From Actinomycetota bacterium (GTDB lineage: Bacteria > Actinomycetota > UBA4738 > HRBIN12): 64,000 bases of DNA. The translations under genes and the position numbers were made by a program. The DNA lies in the NCBI GenBank assembly GCA_035718185.1, contig DASTHN010000090.1, positions 1,227 through 65,226 on the forward strand, read 5' to 3'. The notes under the pieces were generated by a model that searched no databases, had not been told where the DNA came from, and worked only from the letters and a program-made list of their open reading frames with translations. Of this stretch, positions 36,062 through 46,041 are shown in pieces. Within the stretch, counting starts at the first letter, position 1. The number at the start of each line of letters is the position of its first letter.

Positions 36062-37354
36062 CTACGGGGCGCCGCGGCGCGACCGACCGGCGCGGAAGCG
36101 CAGGCGGATCGGCACGCCCTCGAGACCCAGCTCCCGTCGAAGGCGGTTCTCGAGGAACCGCAGGTACCCGGCATCCGGCGCCCGGCCGCCGAACAGGACG
36201 AACGACGGCGGACCGGTTCCGACCTGCGTCCCGTACCGGTACCGGACGGGTCCCGGGCGCTCGTCCTGCGCCTGGTGCAGCACCCGGTTCACCTCGGCGG
36301 TCGGCGTGCGCCGCATGTACCGCCGGTGGAGCTCGAGGAGCCGCTCGGGCAGACGGTGCACCCCCGTGCCGGTGAGGGCCGACGCGCGGAGCACCGAGGC
36401 CCGCGCGAAGCGCGCCACCTCCTCGCCGAGCCGCTTGAACGTCCGATCCCGCTCCTCGACCAGATCCCACTTGTTCGCGACCACGAGGAACGCTCGACCG
36501 ATCTCCATCACCCGGCTCGCGATCCGCTTGTCCTCGGCGGTGAATCCCTGTGGCGCCTCGAGGACGAGGAGCGCCACGTCCGCACGCTCGATCGCGCGCT
36601 CGGCGCGGAGCGTGCTGTAGTACTCGACGCCACGCAGGCGGGTCGGGCGCCGGAACCCGGCCGTGTCCACGAAACGCACGCGTGTGGTCGGCCACGTCAC
36701 GACGGCGTCGACCGAGTCGCGCGTGGTCCCTGCCTCCTCGTAGACGACCGAGCGCTCCTCGCGAACGAGCCGGTTGAACAGCGAGGACTTCCCGACATTG
36801 GGCCTACCGACGAGGGCGAATCGAGGTTCATCCTCAGGTCGAGTCACTCCCCCGGCGGGGGGCAGGAGGGCAACGATCCGGTCGAGCAGGTCTCCGGACC
36901 CACGACCATGGAGGGCCGAGACGACCACGGGCTCCCCCATCCCCAGCGCGTGGAAGGCCGTGGCGTCTGCCTCGTCGCGGTCGGTGTCGACCTTGTTCAC
37001 GACCAGGAGCACGGCGGGAGTCGCGCGTCGGAGCCTGCGTGCGAACCTCGCGTCCTCCTCGGTCGGTCCGGTCTGGACGTCGACGACGAGCACCACGACG
37101 TCGGCTGCCTCGGCTGCGCGCTCGGCCTGCGCCGAGACGAGCGCCTCGATCCCTCGTGCTCCGTGCAGGTACCCCCCGGTGTCCACGAGCCGGAACGAGC
37201 GGCCGCGCCAGCTGGTCTCCAGCTCGACCCGGTCCCGGGTCACGCCCGGGGTCTCGGAGGCGATCGCCTCCCGGCGCCCGAACAGACGGTTCGCGAGCGT
37301 GGACTTCCCGACGTTCTGGCGACCGACGATCGCGACCGTGGGGAGCTCGCTCAC
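36062..37354 (-). CDS. der: Ribosome-associated GTPase Der (EngA), tandem GTPase domains
   Basis: 430 aa. Two G-domains (GRQNVGKST...DTGG and GRPNVGKSS...DTAG) plus a KH-like C-terminus. Confidence 0.85.
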   Translation of the reverse strand: MSELPTVAIVGRQNVGKSTLANRLFGRREAIASETPGVTRDRVELETSWRGRSFRLVDTGGYLHGARGIEALVSAQAERAAEAADVVVLVVDVQTGPTEEDARFARRLRRATPAVLLVVNKVDTDRDEADATAFHALGMGEPVVVSALHGRGSGDLLDRIVALLPPAGGVTRPEDEPRFALVGRPNVGKSSLFNRLVREERSVVYEEAGTTRDSVDAVVTWPTTRVRFVDTAGFRRPTRLRGVEYYSTLRAERAIERADVALLVLEAPQGFTAEDKRIASRVMEIGRAFLVVANKWDLVEERDRTFKRLGEEVARFARASVLRASALTGTGVHRLPERLLELHRRYMRRTPTAEVNRVLHQAQDERPGPVRYRYGTQVGTGPPSFVLFGGRAPDAGYLRFLENRLRRELGLEGVPIRLRFRAGRSRRGAP

Positions 37355-38013
37355 GACGCTCCCGCCACGCGCCGGCGGACCTCGGCGAGCACGATCGCAT
37401 GGACCTCGTCCGGACCCAGATGGGTCGAGTCCACCTCGAGGTCGGCCTCGACGGGCGGCACGTTGCGCTCGTCCTGGGCGTCGCGCTCGGCGATCGCGGT
37501 CGAGACCTCGGGCGGGCGGGCGTCGCGTTCGAGCGCCCGGCGGGCCGCTCGCTCGCTCGCGCCCGCTTCGAGGACCACCCTGACCGTCGCGTCGGGAAAC
37601 ACGACGGAACCGATGTCCCGACCCTCCATCACGGCGCCGCTCGAGCCGAGACGGCGCTGCCTATCGCGGAGCACCGACCGGAGCGCGGGGTGAGCGGAGA
37701 CCTGCGACACGATGCGCTCGACCTCCGGGGAACTGAGCTCGGGATCCGGCGGTGCACCCTCGATGCGCAGCTCCGGAGGACGCAGGCCGAGGTCGAGGTC
37801 GAACCTGAGCGCGGCCGCGATCCGGGTGAGCGTCTCGGCGTCGCTCGGATCGACCCCGAGTCGGACGGCCTCGAGCGACACCGCCCGATACATGAGCCCC
37901 GTGTTCACGTATGGCAGGTCGAGCTCGAGGGCGAGGCGGCGCGCGAGCGTGCTCTTCCCGGACCCCGCGGGCCCGTCGATGGTCACGACCGTCGGCCGAC
38001 CGCCACCCTCCAC
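37351..38013 (-). CDS. cmk: Cytidylate kinase
   Basis: GTG at 38013 (VEGGGRPTVVTIDGPAGSGKSTLARRLA...), checked in sequence. 4-nt overlap with der. The upstream part of the ORF-track version is off-frame junk. Confidence 0.8.
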   Translation of the reverse strand: MEGGGRPTVVTIDGPAGSGKSTLARRLALELDLPYVNTGLMYRAVSLEAVRLGVDPSDAETLTRIAAALRFDLDLGLRPPELRIEGAPPDPELSSPEVERIVSQVSAHPALRSVLRDRQRRLGSSGAVMEGRDIGSVVFPDATVRVVLEAGASERAARRALERDARPPEVSTAIAERDAQDERNVPPVEADLEVDSTHLGPDEVHAIVLAEVRRRVAGAS

Positions 38014-38014
38014 C

Positions 38015-39372
38015 TCAATCTCCGATCCGAGCGCCGAGCGCGCGGAGGCTCTCGACGAAGCCCGGGAACGAGACGTCCGAGGCCTCCACACCCTCGACCT
38101 CGACCGCCGACCGAGCCGCGAGGCCGGCCACGCACAGGGCCATGACCATGCGGTGGTCGCCCCCCGGGTCGACCCGGCCGCCGTCAAGGCCGCCGCCCGC
38201 GACCACCAGGTCGTCGGTCTCGGCAGCCGCGTGGCCACCGAGCGCGCGGACCGCGCGCGCCAGCCCCCCGAGCCGATCGCTCTCCTTGACGCGGAGCTCG
38301 GACGCGCCCAGGAACCGGGTGTCTCCATCCGCGTGCGCCGCGAGGGCGGTCAGGACCGGCACCTCGTCGACCACGAGCGGCAGCTCGGAGGGATCGACCG
38401 TCGTGCCGCGGAGCCCCCGGCACGACAGGACCTCGAGCTGGCCGACGGGCTCGCCGAGCTCCGTGTCGTCGACGCGCGTGCGCGTACGGACGCCCATCCG
38501 CTCCATCACAGCCAGGAAGGCCGTGCGGCTCCGGTTGAGCCCCACCCTCTCTATGGTGAGACCTCCCCCCGTGAGGGCGGCGGCCGCCACCAGGAAGGCC
38601 GCCGAGGAGACGTCGCCCGGCACCCGCGCCGAGAAGCCCTCGTGCCGGAAGGCGTCCAGAGAGACCTCGCCGTCCTCCGTCACGCGGACGGGCGCGCCCA
38701 GGTGCGCGAGCGCCCGTTCCGTGTGATCCCGGGTCGGGACGGGCTCAACCACGGTCGTGGTTCCGTCGGCCGCGAGACCGGCCAGCAGCACCGCGCCCTT
38801 CACCTGGGCGCTCGGGACGGTGGGCGCGTGCCGGATCCCGTGCAGCTTCGCGCCGCGCACCGAGATCGGCGGGCACCCCTCGGCCGTCTCCACGGCGGCG
38901 CCCATCCGCCGAAGCGGGTCCGCGATGCGTTCCATCGGCCGTGCCCGGAGGCTCTCGTCGCCCGTCAACACCGTCTCGAACGGGCATGGGGCCAGGACGC
39001 CGGCCAGCAGCCGCATCGTCGTCCCGGAGTTGCCGCAGTCGAGCGGCGTCCGAGGAACCTCTAGTCCATCTCGACCCCGCCCGCGGAGAACGAGCGCGGT
39101 CGAGGGGCCTCGAGGTTCACCCTTGTTGAACGTGAAACCGTCAGCGTCCGCCATGACGCCAGCCTCGGAAGCCCAACCCTCCAGCGCATCTCGAGCCTCA
39201 GGCGCGAGCGCCGCGAGGCATCGGGCGGTCGAGCGGACATCGAGCGCAGGTGGAAGGTCATCCACCGAGCTCGACCCCTCGGCCGTCGCCGCCAGGATCA
39301 ACCAGCGGTGGGCGATCGATTTGTCCCCAGGGACGCGAGCCAGGCCCCGCACCGTTCCCGTCGGCTCGATCC
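38015..39372 (-). CDS. aroA: 3-phosphoshikimate 1-carboxyvinyltransferase (EPSP synthase)
   Basis: ATG at 39372 (MRVRIEPTGTVRGLARVPGDKSIAHRWLILAA...). LDCGNSGTTMRLL and RVKESDRL motifs. Confidence 0.85.
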
Positions 39373-39390
39373 GAACGCGCATCGTGGCCC

Positions 39391-40485
39391 TCACGCCAGA
39401 CGGAGGGCCTCGAACCAGCGCTCGCGCAGGATCTCCTCGGCCCGCTCGGCGGCGTCCGCCGCGACCGTCAGGTGAACCGTGCCGCGCCCGCCCTCGGGCG
39501 AGTGGACGATCTGCAGGTCCTCGATGTTGACGCCGGCCTCGCCGAGCGCCGACGTGAGGTCCGCAAGGACGCCCGGCCGGTCCGGGATCGGAACCTGGAT
39601 CACCGCGACCCCGGCTTTCACCTGCGGCTTCGCCGTGAGGGACAGCCGCGCGCGTTTGGCGTGCGCGAACGCCGCCTCCACCTCCTCGGCGTCGCCCTCG
39701 AGGACCATCCGCCGCAGGTCGAGGAGCCGATCGGCGTACAGCTCCAGGGCCCGCGCGATCTGTCCGCGGTTCGAGAGCAGGATGTCGGACCACAGGTGCG
39801 GGCTCGAGGCCGCCAGGCGCGTCAGGTCGCGGAACCCCCCCGCGGCGAGCAGCAGGATCTCGGGCTCGCCCGCCTCCTCCGTCGCCGCGAGCCCCATGAG
39901 CGCCGTCGAGGCGACCTGCGGCAGATGGCTGACGATCGCGACCAGTCGGTCGTGACGTTCGGCGTCCATCCGGACCGGGCTCGCGCCCACGCGCTCGATC
40001 CAGGCGGCGAGCCGGTCGGCGGCGCCGGGGTCGGTGCGGTCGGTACCGCAGAGCACCCAGACGATGCCGTCCAGGACCGCGGGCGAGGCACGGTCCGGGC
40101 CCGAGCGCTCGGACCCGCCCATCGGGTGGCTGCCGACGAACCGGGGCAGGTGCGCGGGATCCGCGTCGGCGAGCACGGCAGACATGACGTGCGACTTCAC
40201 GCTGCCCACGTCGGTGACGACCGCCTCCGGGGCCCCGGCGAGGGCCTGCGTCACCAGCCGGGCGAGCGATGGGATCGGCGTGCAGACGAAGACGATCGTG
40301 GCCCCGCGCACGCACTCGGCGAGCGACGCGGTCGGGGTCAGGCCCGACCGCTCCGTGGCCCTGGCCAGCGCGTCGGGATCGGCGTCGAAGCCCCGGACGG
40401 CGTCGCCCGCGCGGACGGCCGCCATCGCGAGCGAGGTGCCGATCAGTCCGGTGCCGATGATCGCGATGCGCTCAGCCGAGGTCAT
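39391..40485 (-). CDS. tyrA: Prephenate dehydrogenase with C-terminal ACT domain
   Basis: 364 aa. Rossmann IAIIGTGLIGTSLA, catalytic core HPMGG, C-terminal ACT-like region. Confidence 0.8.
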   Translation of the reverse strand: MTSAERIAIIGTGLIGTSLAMAAVRAGDAVRGFDADPDALARATERSGLTPTASLAECVRGATIVFVCTPIPSLARLVTQALAGAPEAVVTDVGSVKSHVMSAVLADADPAHLPRFVGSHPMGGSERSGPDRASPAVLDGIVWVLCGTDRTDPGAADRLAAWIERVGASPVRMDAERHDRLVAIVSHLPQVASTALMGLAATEEAGEPEILLLAAGGFRDLTRLAASSPHLWSDILLSNRGQIARALELYADRLLDLRRMVLEGDAEEVEAAFAHAKRARLSLTAKPQVKAGVAVIQVPIPDRPGVLADLTSALGEAGVNIEDLQIVHSPEGGRGTVHLTVAADAAERAEEILRERWFEALRLA

Positions 40486-40846
40486 CGCGCAGCGACTCCG
40501 CCCCGTCGAGGTACGCGGGGACGACCTCGGTCTGCGAGCGCTCGGTGTGGAAATGCACGAGGGTGCGGACGACGCGCGGCATCGCCCCGGCCACCGGGAT
40601 CTCGCGGGCGCACATCAGCGGGATCCCGCCGAGCCCCATGCGCCGGGCGGCCTCGGCCGGGAACGCCGCGACGAGGTCGTCCGTCGCCGTGAAGAACGCG
40701 CTCACGATGTCCTCCGGCCGTATCCCATTGCGCTGCAGGAGAGTCGCCAGGAGCCGCTCCGTGGCGGACAGGATGGCGTCGGCGGAATCCTCCGCCACCC
40801 GGATGGCCCCCCGGACCGCGCGAACCCGTTGCTCACCGCTCGGCAC
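40472..40846 (-). CDS. aroH: Chorismate mutase, AroH class
   Basis: 124 aa. VRAVRGAIRV...ILSAT...FFTATDDL...FP...AR resembles the B. subtilis AroH-type fold. Confidence 0.75.
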   Translation of the reverse strand: MPSGEQRVRAVRGAIRVAEDSADAILSATERLLATLLQRNGIRPEDIVSAFFTATDDLVAAFPAEAARRMGLGGIPLMCAREIPVAGAMPRVVRTLVHFHTERSQTEVVPAYLDGAESLRDDLG

Positions 40847-40897
40847 GGCGCCAAGGCTACAGGGCCGGGGCCCGCGTTCACCGGCGGGCGGAGCGGG

Positions 40898-41617
40898 CTA
40901 CAGGCCTGCGTCACGGTAGAGCGCCCGGACCTCGGCCGGGTCCAGCTCGCGCACCTCCCCGGCCCGTAGTCTGCCGAGGCGCAGCGGCCCGACCCGCACG
41001 CGGATCAGGCGCCGCACCGGGAGGCCGACCGCGGCGAGCATCCGGCGCACCTCGCGCTTGCGCCCCTCCCCCATCACGACGCGGACGGCGGCCCGCTCCC
41101 CCGATCTCGCGACCGGGCGAGCCGAGATCGCCACCGCCGTCCCGTCGTCGAGCTCGACGCCGCGGCGGAGGCGCGCCAGCTGCCGCTCGGCCGGTGTCCC
41201 CTCGACCTCCGCCAGGTACTCCTTCTCCACGCCGTGGCGGGGGTGCGCGAGACGGTTCGCGAGCTCGCCGTCGTTCGTGAGGATCAGGACCCCCTCGGTG
41301 TCGCGATCCAGCCGGCCGACGGGGAACACACGCGGACCGGGCGGCAGGAGCCGCCGCAGGTCCGAAGCCGCGTGCGGGTCGCGCATCGAGGTGGTGACCC
41401 CGGCCGGCTTGTGGAGGAGGAAGTAACGCAGCGCCGGGTTCGCGCTCACGGTGTGACCGTCGACCGTGATCCGATCGCGCTCGGGGTCGGTTCGATCGCC
41501 GAGGGTCGCGACGCGCCCGTTCACCGCGACCCGGCCGGCGCGGATCATGTCCTCGCACGCGCGGCGGGAGCCGAAGCCCGCCCTCGCGCGGGCGCGCTGG
41601 AGGCGCTCCTCCGCCAC
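40898..41617 (-). CDS. rluB: rRNA pseudouridine synthase (RsuA/RluB family) with N-terminal S4 domain
   Basis: 239 aa. Catalytic motif GRLDRDTEGVLILTNDGELANRL. Confidence 0.8.
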   Translation of the reverse strand: MAEERLQRARARAGFGSRRACEDMIRAGRVAVNGRVATLGDRTDPERDRITVDGHTVSANPALRYFLLHKPAGVTTSMRDPHAASDLRRLLPPGPRVFPVGRLDRDTEGVLILTNDGELANRLAHPRHGVEKEYLAEVEGTPAERQLARLRRGVELDDGTAVAISARPVARSGERAAVRVVMGEGRKREVRRMLAAVGLPVRRLIRVRVGPLRLGRLRAGEVRELDPAEVRALYRDAGL

Positions 41618-41622
41618 GAGAT

Positions 41623-42183
41623 CTATCCGGGATCCGCGCCGCCGGCGTCACCCTCGTCGGTGGCACCGAGGAGCGGTGCGAGCGGCGGGAGCGACGCGAG
41701 CGACGGCATGCCGAGCCGCTCGAGGAACTCGGGCGTCGTCCCGTAGAGCAGCGGTCGTCCCGGTCCCTCCTCGCGGCCGACCTCGGCGACGATCCCTCGC
41801 TCGACGAGCGCCCGGAGGACGCCGTCCGAGTTCACGCCGCGGATCGACGAGATCTGGTGTCGCGTGACCGGCTGCTTGTAGGCGACGATCGCGAGCGTCT
41901 CGAGCGCGGCCTTCGTGAGCCGCGTGTGGCGCGAGGCGAGCACGTAGCGCTCGACGACCGGGGCCGTCGCCGGCGCGGTCGTGAGGCGCCAACCGCCCGC
42001 GACGTTGCGGAGGACGAGCCCGGCGCCGCGTTCCTCATACGCGCGGGCGAGCTCGTCGCACAACGCGTCGGCCTCCCGCCGCTCGATCGCGAGCGCCTGG
42101 GCCAGCACGACACCGGCGACCGGCTCGTCGGTCACGAACAGCAGCGCCTCGAGGTCTCGGAGCATCTCGTCCCGGGCCTTCAT
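41623..42183 (-). CDS. scpB: Segregation and condensation protein B
   Basis: ATG at 42183 (MKARDEMLRDLEALLFVTDEPV...), a winged-helix ScpB pattern. The 370-aa ORF-track version is an off-frame extension. Confidence 0.8.
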   Translation of the reverse strand: MKARDEMLRDLEALLFVTDEPVAGVVLAQALAIERREADALCDELARAYEERGAGLVLRNVAGGWRLTTAPATAPVVERYVLASRHTRLTKAALETLAIVAYKQPVTRHQISSIRGVNSDGVLRALVERGIVAEVGREEGPGRPLLYGTTPEFLERLGMPSLASLPPLAPLLGATDEGDAGGADPG

Positions 42184-42923
42184 GCCGCGCCACCCCATCG
42201 GACCTCGATCTCCCCGAAGGTCTCCGCCTGCTCCAGATCGACCTTGCCCTCGCGGTAGAGCTCGAGGAGCGCGAGGAAGCGCACGACGACCTGGATCCGC
42301 TCGTCGCAGTCCGCCACCAGCTCGCGGAATCGCGCCGCGTGCAGGCGCTCGAGGTGATCCTGGACGGCCGCCACGGCCTCGGCCATCGTGTACCGGATCG
42401 GTGTCACGTGCGACAGATCCAGCATCGGCGGCGGCCGGAGCAGCGCGGCCGCGAGCCGTGCGAGGTCCGGCGCCTCGACCCGCTCCATCACGTCGGGGTA
42501 CAGGTGGGCGAACTCGGGCGGCGGCCCGGCGTCCCGGGGCACGTGCAGCGCCTCGAGCTCCATCCGCCGGCCCAGGTCCTCGGCGATCCGCCGGAACGCG
42601 GCCAGCTCGAGGCTCCGCGCGTACACGAGGTCCGGGGAGACGCCGAGCAGGTCCTCCTCGTCGATCGCATCGTGCCGGGGCATCAGACGGCCGACCTTGA
42701 GCTCGAGCAGGATCGCGCACACGGCGAGGAACCACGTGGCGTCCTCCAGGGTCCAGCCATCGGCCTCCTTCGCGTGCGCGAGGAAACGCTCGGTCACGGT
42801 CGCCACCGGGACGTCGCAGACGTCGATCTTCTGATCCAGCAGCAGGTCCGCGAGAACACGGAACGGGCCCGAGAACACCGGGAGCTCGACCGCGAATCCC
42901 GTGTCCGTGTCCTCCTCGCTCAT
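42180..42923 (-). CDS. scpA: Segregation and condensation protein A
   Basis: ATG at 42923 (MSEEDTDTGFAVELPVFSGPFRVLADLLLDQKIDVCDVPVA...). C-terminus LALLELYREGKVDLEQ typical of ScpA. Confidence 0.8.
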   Translation of the reverse strand: MSEEDTDTGFAVELPVFSGPFRVLADLLLDQKIDVCDVPVATVTERFLAHAKEADGWTLEDATWFLAVCAILLELKVGRLMPRHDAIDEEDLLGVSPDLVYARSLELAAFRRIAEDLGRRMELEALHVPRDAGPPPEFAHLYPDVMERVEAPDLARLAAALLRPPPMLDLSHVTPIRYTMAEAVAAVQDHLERLHAARFRELVADCDERIQVVVRFLALLELYREGKVDLEQAETFGEIEVRWGGAA

Positions 42924-43924
42924 GACACGTGCATCGCGGCCCGAACGGCCTTCATCGTCTCCTCGACGAACTGGCGAACCTTCGCCGCGCCGGCCGCGAG
43001 CACCTCCTCGGCCAGCCCCGGACGGTGCTCGAGCTCGTCGCGCCGCGCGCGGAACGGTCGGTAGTACTCGACCACACGGTCGGCGAGGTTCGTCTTGCAC
43101 TCCACGCACCCGAGCGCGCCGCTGCGGCAGTTCTCCTCCGTCCAGTCGACGATGTCCTTGGAGAACAACCGGTGGAGCGCGAAGATCGGACAGATCTCGG
43201 GCCGGCCGGGGTCGCCCATGCGGATCTTCTCCGGGTCGGTGATGAAGCGCCGGATGGTCGCGCGGATCGTCGCCTCGTCGTCGCGGACGTTGAGCACGTT
43301 GTCGAGGGACTTCGACATCTTCCGCCCGTCGGTCCCCGGGATGAGCGGCGCCTCGGACAACAGGGCCTGCGGCTCGACGAGCACGTCCCCGTAGAGCCGG
43401 TTGAACCGGCGGACGATCTCGCGCGAGAGCTCCAGGTGCGCCACCTGGTCCTCCCCCACCGGGACGAGCTCGCCGCGGACGATCGTGATGTCGACGGTCT
43501 GGAGTACCGGATACCCGAGGAGGCCGAAGTTCGCGATGTCCCGCTCCGCGTTGTCGCGGAGTCGCTCCTTGTACGTGGGCACGCGCTCGAGCCACCCGAG
43601 GGGCGTGATCATCCCGAGCAGCAGGGCCAGCTCGGCGACCTCCTTCACGTCGGACTGCCGGTAGAGCGTCACGCGCTCCGGGTCGATCCCCGCGGCGAGC
43701 AGGTCAAGGACGAGCTCGCGCGTGAACCCCGGGAGCTCGTCGGTACGGTCGAAATGGGTCGTGAGCATGTGCCAGTCGGCGATGAAGTAGAAGCACTCGT
43801 GCTCCTCCTGGAGCCGGAGCATGTTCTCGACGTTGCCGAACCAGTGGCCGACGTGCATCGGTCCGGTCGGCCGATAGCCGGTCAGGACGCGATGCTTGCG
43901 GTCGGTCTCCGTGGTCTCGCTCAC
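42920..43924 (-). CDS. trpS: Tryptophanyl-tRNA synthetase
   Basis: 334 aa. TGYRPTGPMHVGHW (HIGH-type) and KMSKS motifs. Confidence 0.85.
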   Translation of the reverse strand: MSETTETDRKHRVLTGYRPTGPMHVGHWFGNVENMLRLQEEHECFYFIADWHMLTTHFDRTDELPGFTRELVLDLLAAGIDPERVTLYRQSDVKEVAELALLLGMITPLGWLERVPTYKERLRDNAERDIANFGLLGYPVLQTVDITIVRGELVPVGEDQVAHLELSREIVRRFNRLYGDVLVEPQALLSEAPLIPGTDGRKMSKSLDNVLNVRDDEATIRATIRRFITDPEKIRMGDPGRPEICPIFALHRLFSKDIVDWTEENCRSGALGCVECKTNLADRVVEYYRPFRARRDELEHRPGLAEEVLAAGAAKVRQFVEETMKAVRAAMHVS

Positions 43925-43970
43925 GATGTCGGCAAGGATAGCGCGGGTGTCCGCGGGCCCCCGGGAGCCC

Positions 43971-44621
43971 TCAGCAGATAGCGATCTCGGTGCCGACGAT
44001 CAGCCTGGTCAGGAACTCGGCGAGGGCGCGCACGATCGCGAGGAGCGGTCCCGAGAGCAGGAAGAAGATCACCAGGATGAATAGGACCAGGTAGTGGTCC
44101 AGGTTCGTGTAGACCTCCCGGGCTCGAGGAGGCAGGACCGGCGCGAGCAGCTTCGCCCCGTCCAGGCCGGGCACCGGCATCAGCTGCAGGACGAACATGT
44201 AGACGTTGACGAGGAACAGGGCGTAGAAGAGCTCCCCGAGGTCCCCGCCGATGCCGGCACGGAGCGCGAGCCCCGCCGCGATCGCCAGGATGAGGTTCGC
44301 CCCCAGCCCAGCGAGGGTCACGATGGCCGCGTCACGCTTGGGGTTCCGCAGATGGTGGGGGTCCAGCGGCATCGGCTTCGCGTAGGCGAAGATCGGGAGC
44401 AGGCAGAAGTTCCCCGACGCCACGAGGACGAGCACGAGACCCGGCAGGATGAGGCTGCCGAACGGGTCGATCATCGGACGAAGGTTCAGGCCGAGCCGTC
44501 CCCACCGCCGGGGGCTCGGGTCGCCCAGGCGGTCGGCGGCGAACGCGTGCGCGTACTCGTGAAGGAACAGGCTCGGCACGAGGCCGATCGCCAGGAACAC
44601 GGCGAACTTCAGGCTCTCCAC
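43971..44621 (-). CDS. Site-2 protease family (M50) intramembrane metalloprotease
   Basis: 216 aa, multi-TM. HEYAH zinc motif (HExxH) and a downstream LDGAKLL (LDG) motif. Confidence 0.7.
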   Translation of the reverse strand: MESLKFAVFLAIGLVPSLFLHEYAHAFAADRLGDPSPRRWGRLGLNLRPMIDPFGSLILPGLVLVLVASGNFCLLPIFAYAKPMPLDPHHLRNPKRDAAIVTLAGLGANLILAIAAGLALRAGIGGDLGELFYALFLVNVYMFVLQLMPVPGLDGAKLLAPVLPPRAREVYTNLDHYLVLFILVIFFLLSGPLLAIVRALAEFLTRLIVGTEIAIC

Positions 44622-44645
44622 CCCGCCTCCCCTCGCCCCGCCGGG

Positions 44646-45965
44646 CTACCCGTACCAGCCGTGCACGAGCGGCACGGGCTCGACCCGGCTCTCGGACCAC
44701 TCGAGGGCGTCGAGCACCCGGGTCACGCAGGCCGCGGCCGCGGCTTCGTCCCGCGCGTGCACCGAGCCCAGATCCTCGCCGGCCTCGACCCGGTCCCCGA
44801 TCTTCGGCCGGAACACGATACCGACCGCGGGGTCGACCGGGTCGCCCTTGCGCTTGCGTCCCGCGCCGAGGTCCGCGCTCGCGCGGCCGATCGCCTCGGC
44901 CTGGACCGCCGACAAGAACCCGTCCGACGGAGCCGGGATCGGCCGGACCACGGGGGCGGCAGGCAGCGTGCCGGCCGGGTCGTCGACCACCCGCGGGTCC
45001 CCGCCTTGAGCCTCGACCATGCGGCGGAAGGCCTCGAGGGCGTCCCCTCCGTCGATCGCGTGCTCCGCACGGCTCCGGGCCTCCTCCGGCCCGAGCCCGA
45101 GGAGACGGACCTGGGCCTCGGTCGCGAACACGAGCACGGCCTCACGGAGACGGCCCCGGTCCCGCCCCTCGAGCAGCGCGACGGTCTCGATGACGTCCAG
45201 GGCGTTGCCGACTGCCGCGCCGAGCGGCTGGGACATGTCGGTGACCGCCACCCGGCAGGCCCGGCGCCAGTTCCGGGCCAGGGTCGCGCAGGCCTCCGCC
45301 AACCGCCCCGCGTCCCGCACGGTCTTCATGAATGCGCCGCTACCGGCCTTGACGTCGAGCAGGATCAGGTCTGTGCCGACCGCGAGCTTCTTCGACATGA
45401 CGCTCGAGGCGATCAGCGGGATCGACGGAACGGTCGCCGTGGCGTCTCGGAGCGCGTAGAGCTTGCCATCGGCGGGCACCAGATCCGCGGTCTGTGCGGC
45501 TACAGCGCAGCCGACCTCCTCGACCTGGCGCTCGAACGCCTCCGGGTCGAGATCGGTCCGCAGCCCCGGGATCGCCTCGAGCTTGTCGAGGGTCCCGCCG
45601 GTATGCCCGAGCCCCCGACCCGAGAGCTTCGCGACGGCCAGGCCGAGGGAGGCCGCGAGCGGCGCGAACCCGAGGGTCACACCGTCGGCGACCCCGCCCG
45701 TCGAGTGTTTGTCGACCTTCGGGCGCGAGATGCCCGCGAGCGGGATCGTCCGGCCCGATCCGACCATCGCGCGCGTGAGGGCGAGCGTCTCCCCGGCGTC
45801 CAGTCCTTGGACGAAGCACGCCATCAAGAACGCGGAAGCCAGGTAGTCGGGGACCTCGTCGCGGGCGTATGCGAGCACGAATCCCTCGAGGTCCCCCGGA
45901 GAGAGTGTCCCCCCGTCTCGCTTGACGGCGACGACGTCTCGGGGATCCGGGCTGCTCATCGACAT
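44646..45965 (-). CDS. deoA: Thymidine/pyrimidine-nucleoside phosphorylase
   Basis: 439 aa. KHSTGGVADGVTL phosphate-binding motif and a glycosyltransferase family 3 fold pattern. Confidence 0.8.
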   Translation of the reverse strand: MSMSSPDPRDVVAVKRDGGTLSPGDLEGFVLAYARDEVPDYLASAFLMACFVQGLDAGETLALTRAMVGSGRTIPLAGISRPKVDKHSTGGVADGVTLGFAPLAASLGLAVAKLSGRGLGHTGGTLDKLEAIPGLRTDLDPEAFERQVEEVGCAVAAQTADLVPADGKLYALRDATATVPSIPLIASSVMSKKLAVGTDLILLDVKAGSGAFMKTVRDAGRLAEACATLARNWRRACRVAVTDMSQPLGAAVGNALDVIETVALLEGRDRGRLREAVLVFATEAQVRLLGLGPEEARSRAEHAIDGGDALEAFRRMVEAQGGDPRVVDDPAGTLPAAPVVRPIPAPSDGFLSAVQAEAIGRASADLGAGRKRKGDPVDPAVGIVFRPKIGDRVEAGEDLGSVHARDEAAAAACVTRVLDALEWSESRVEPVPLVHGWYG

Positions 45966-46041
45966 GGTCTCCGGCCCTTCACCCGTCCGTTGATGCGTAC
46001 CTCACATAGACGTCGAGGCATCGCACAGGTCCTACCTCGGC

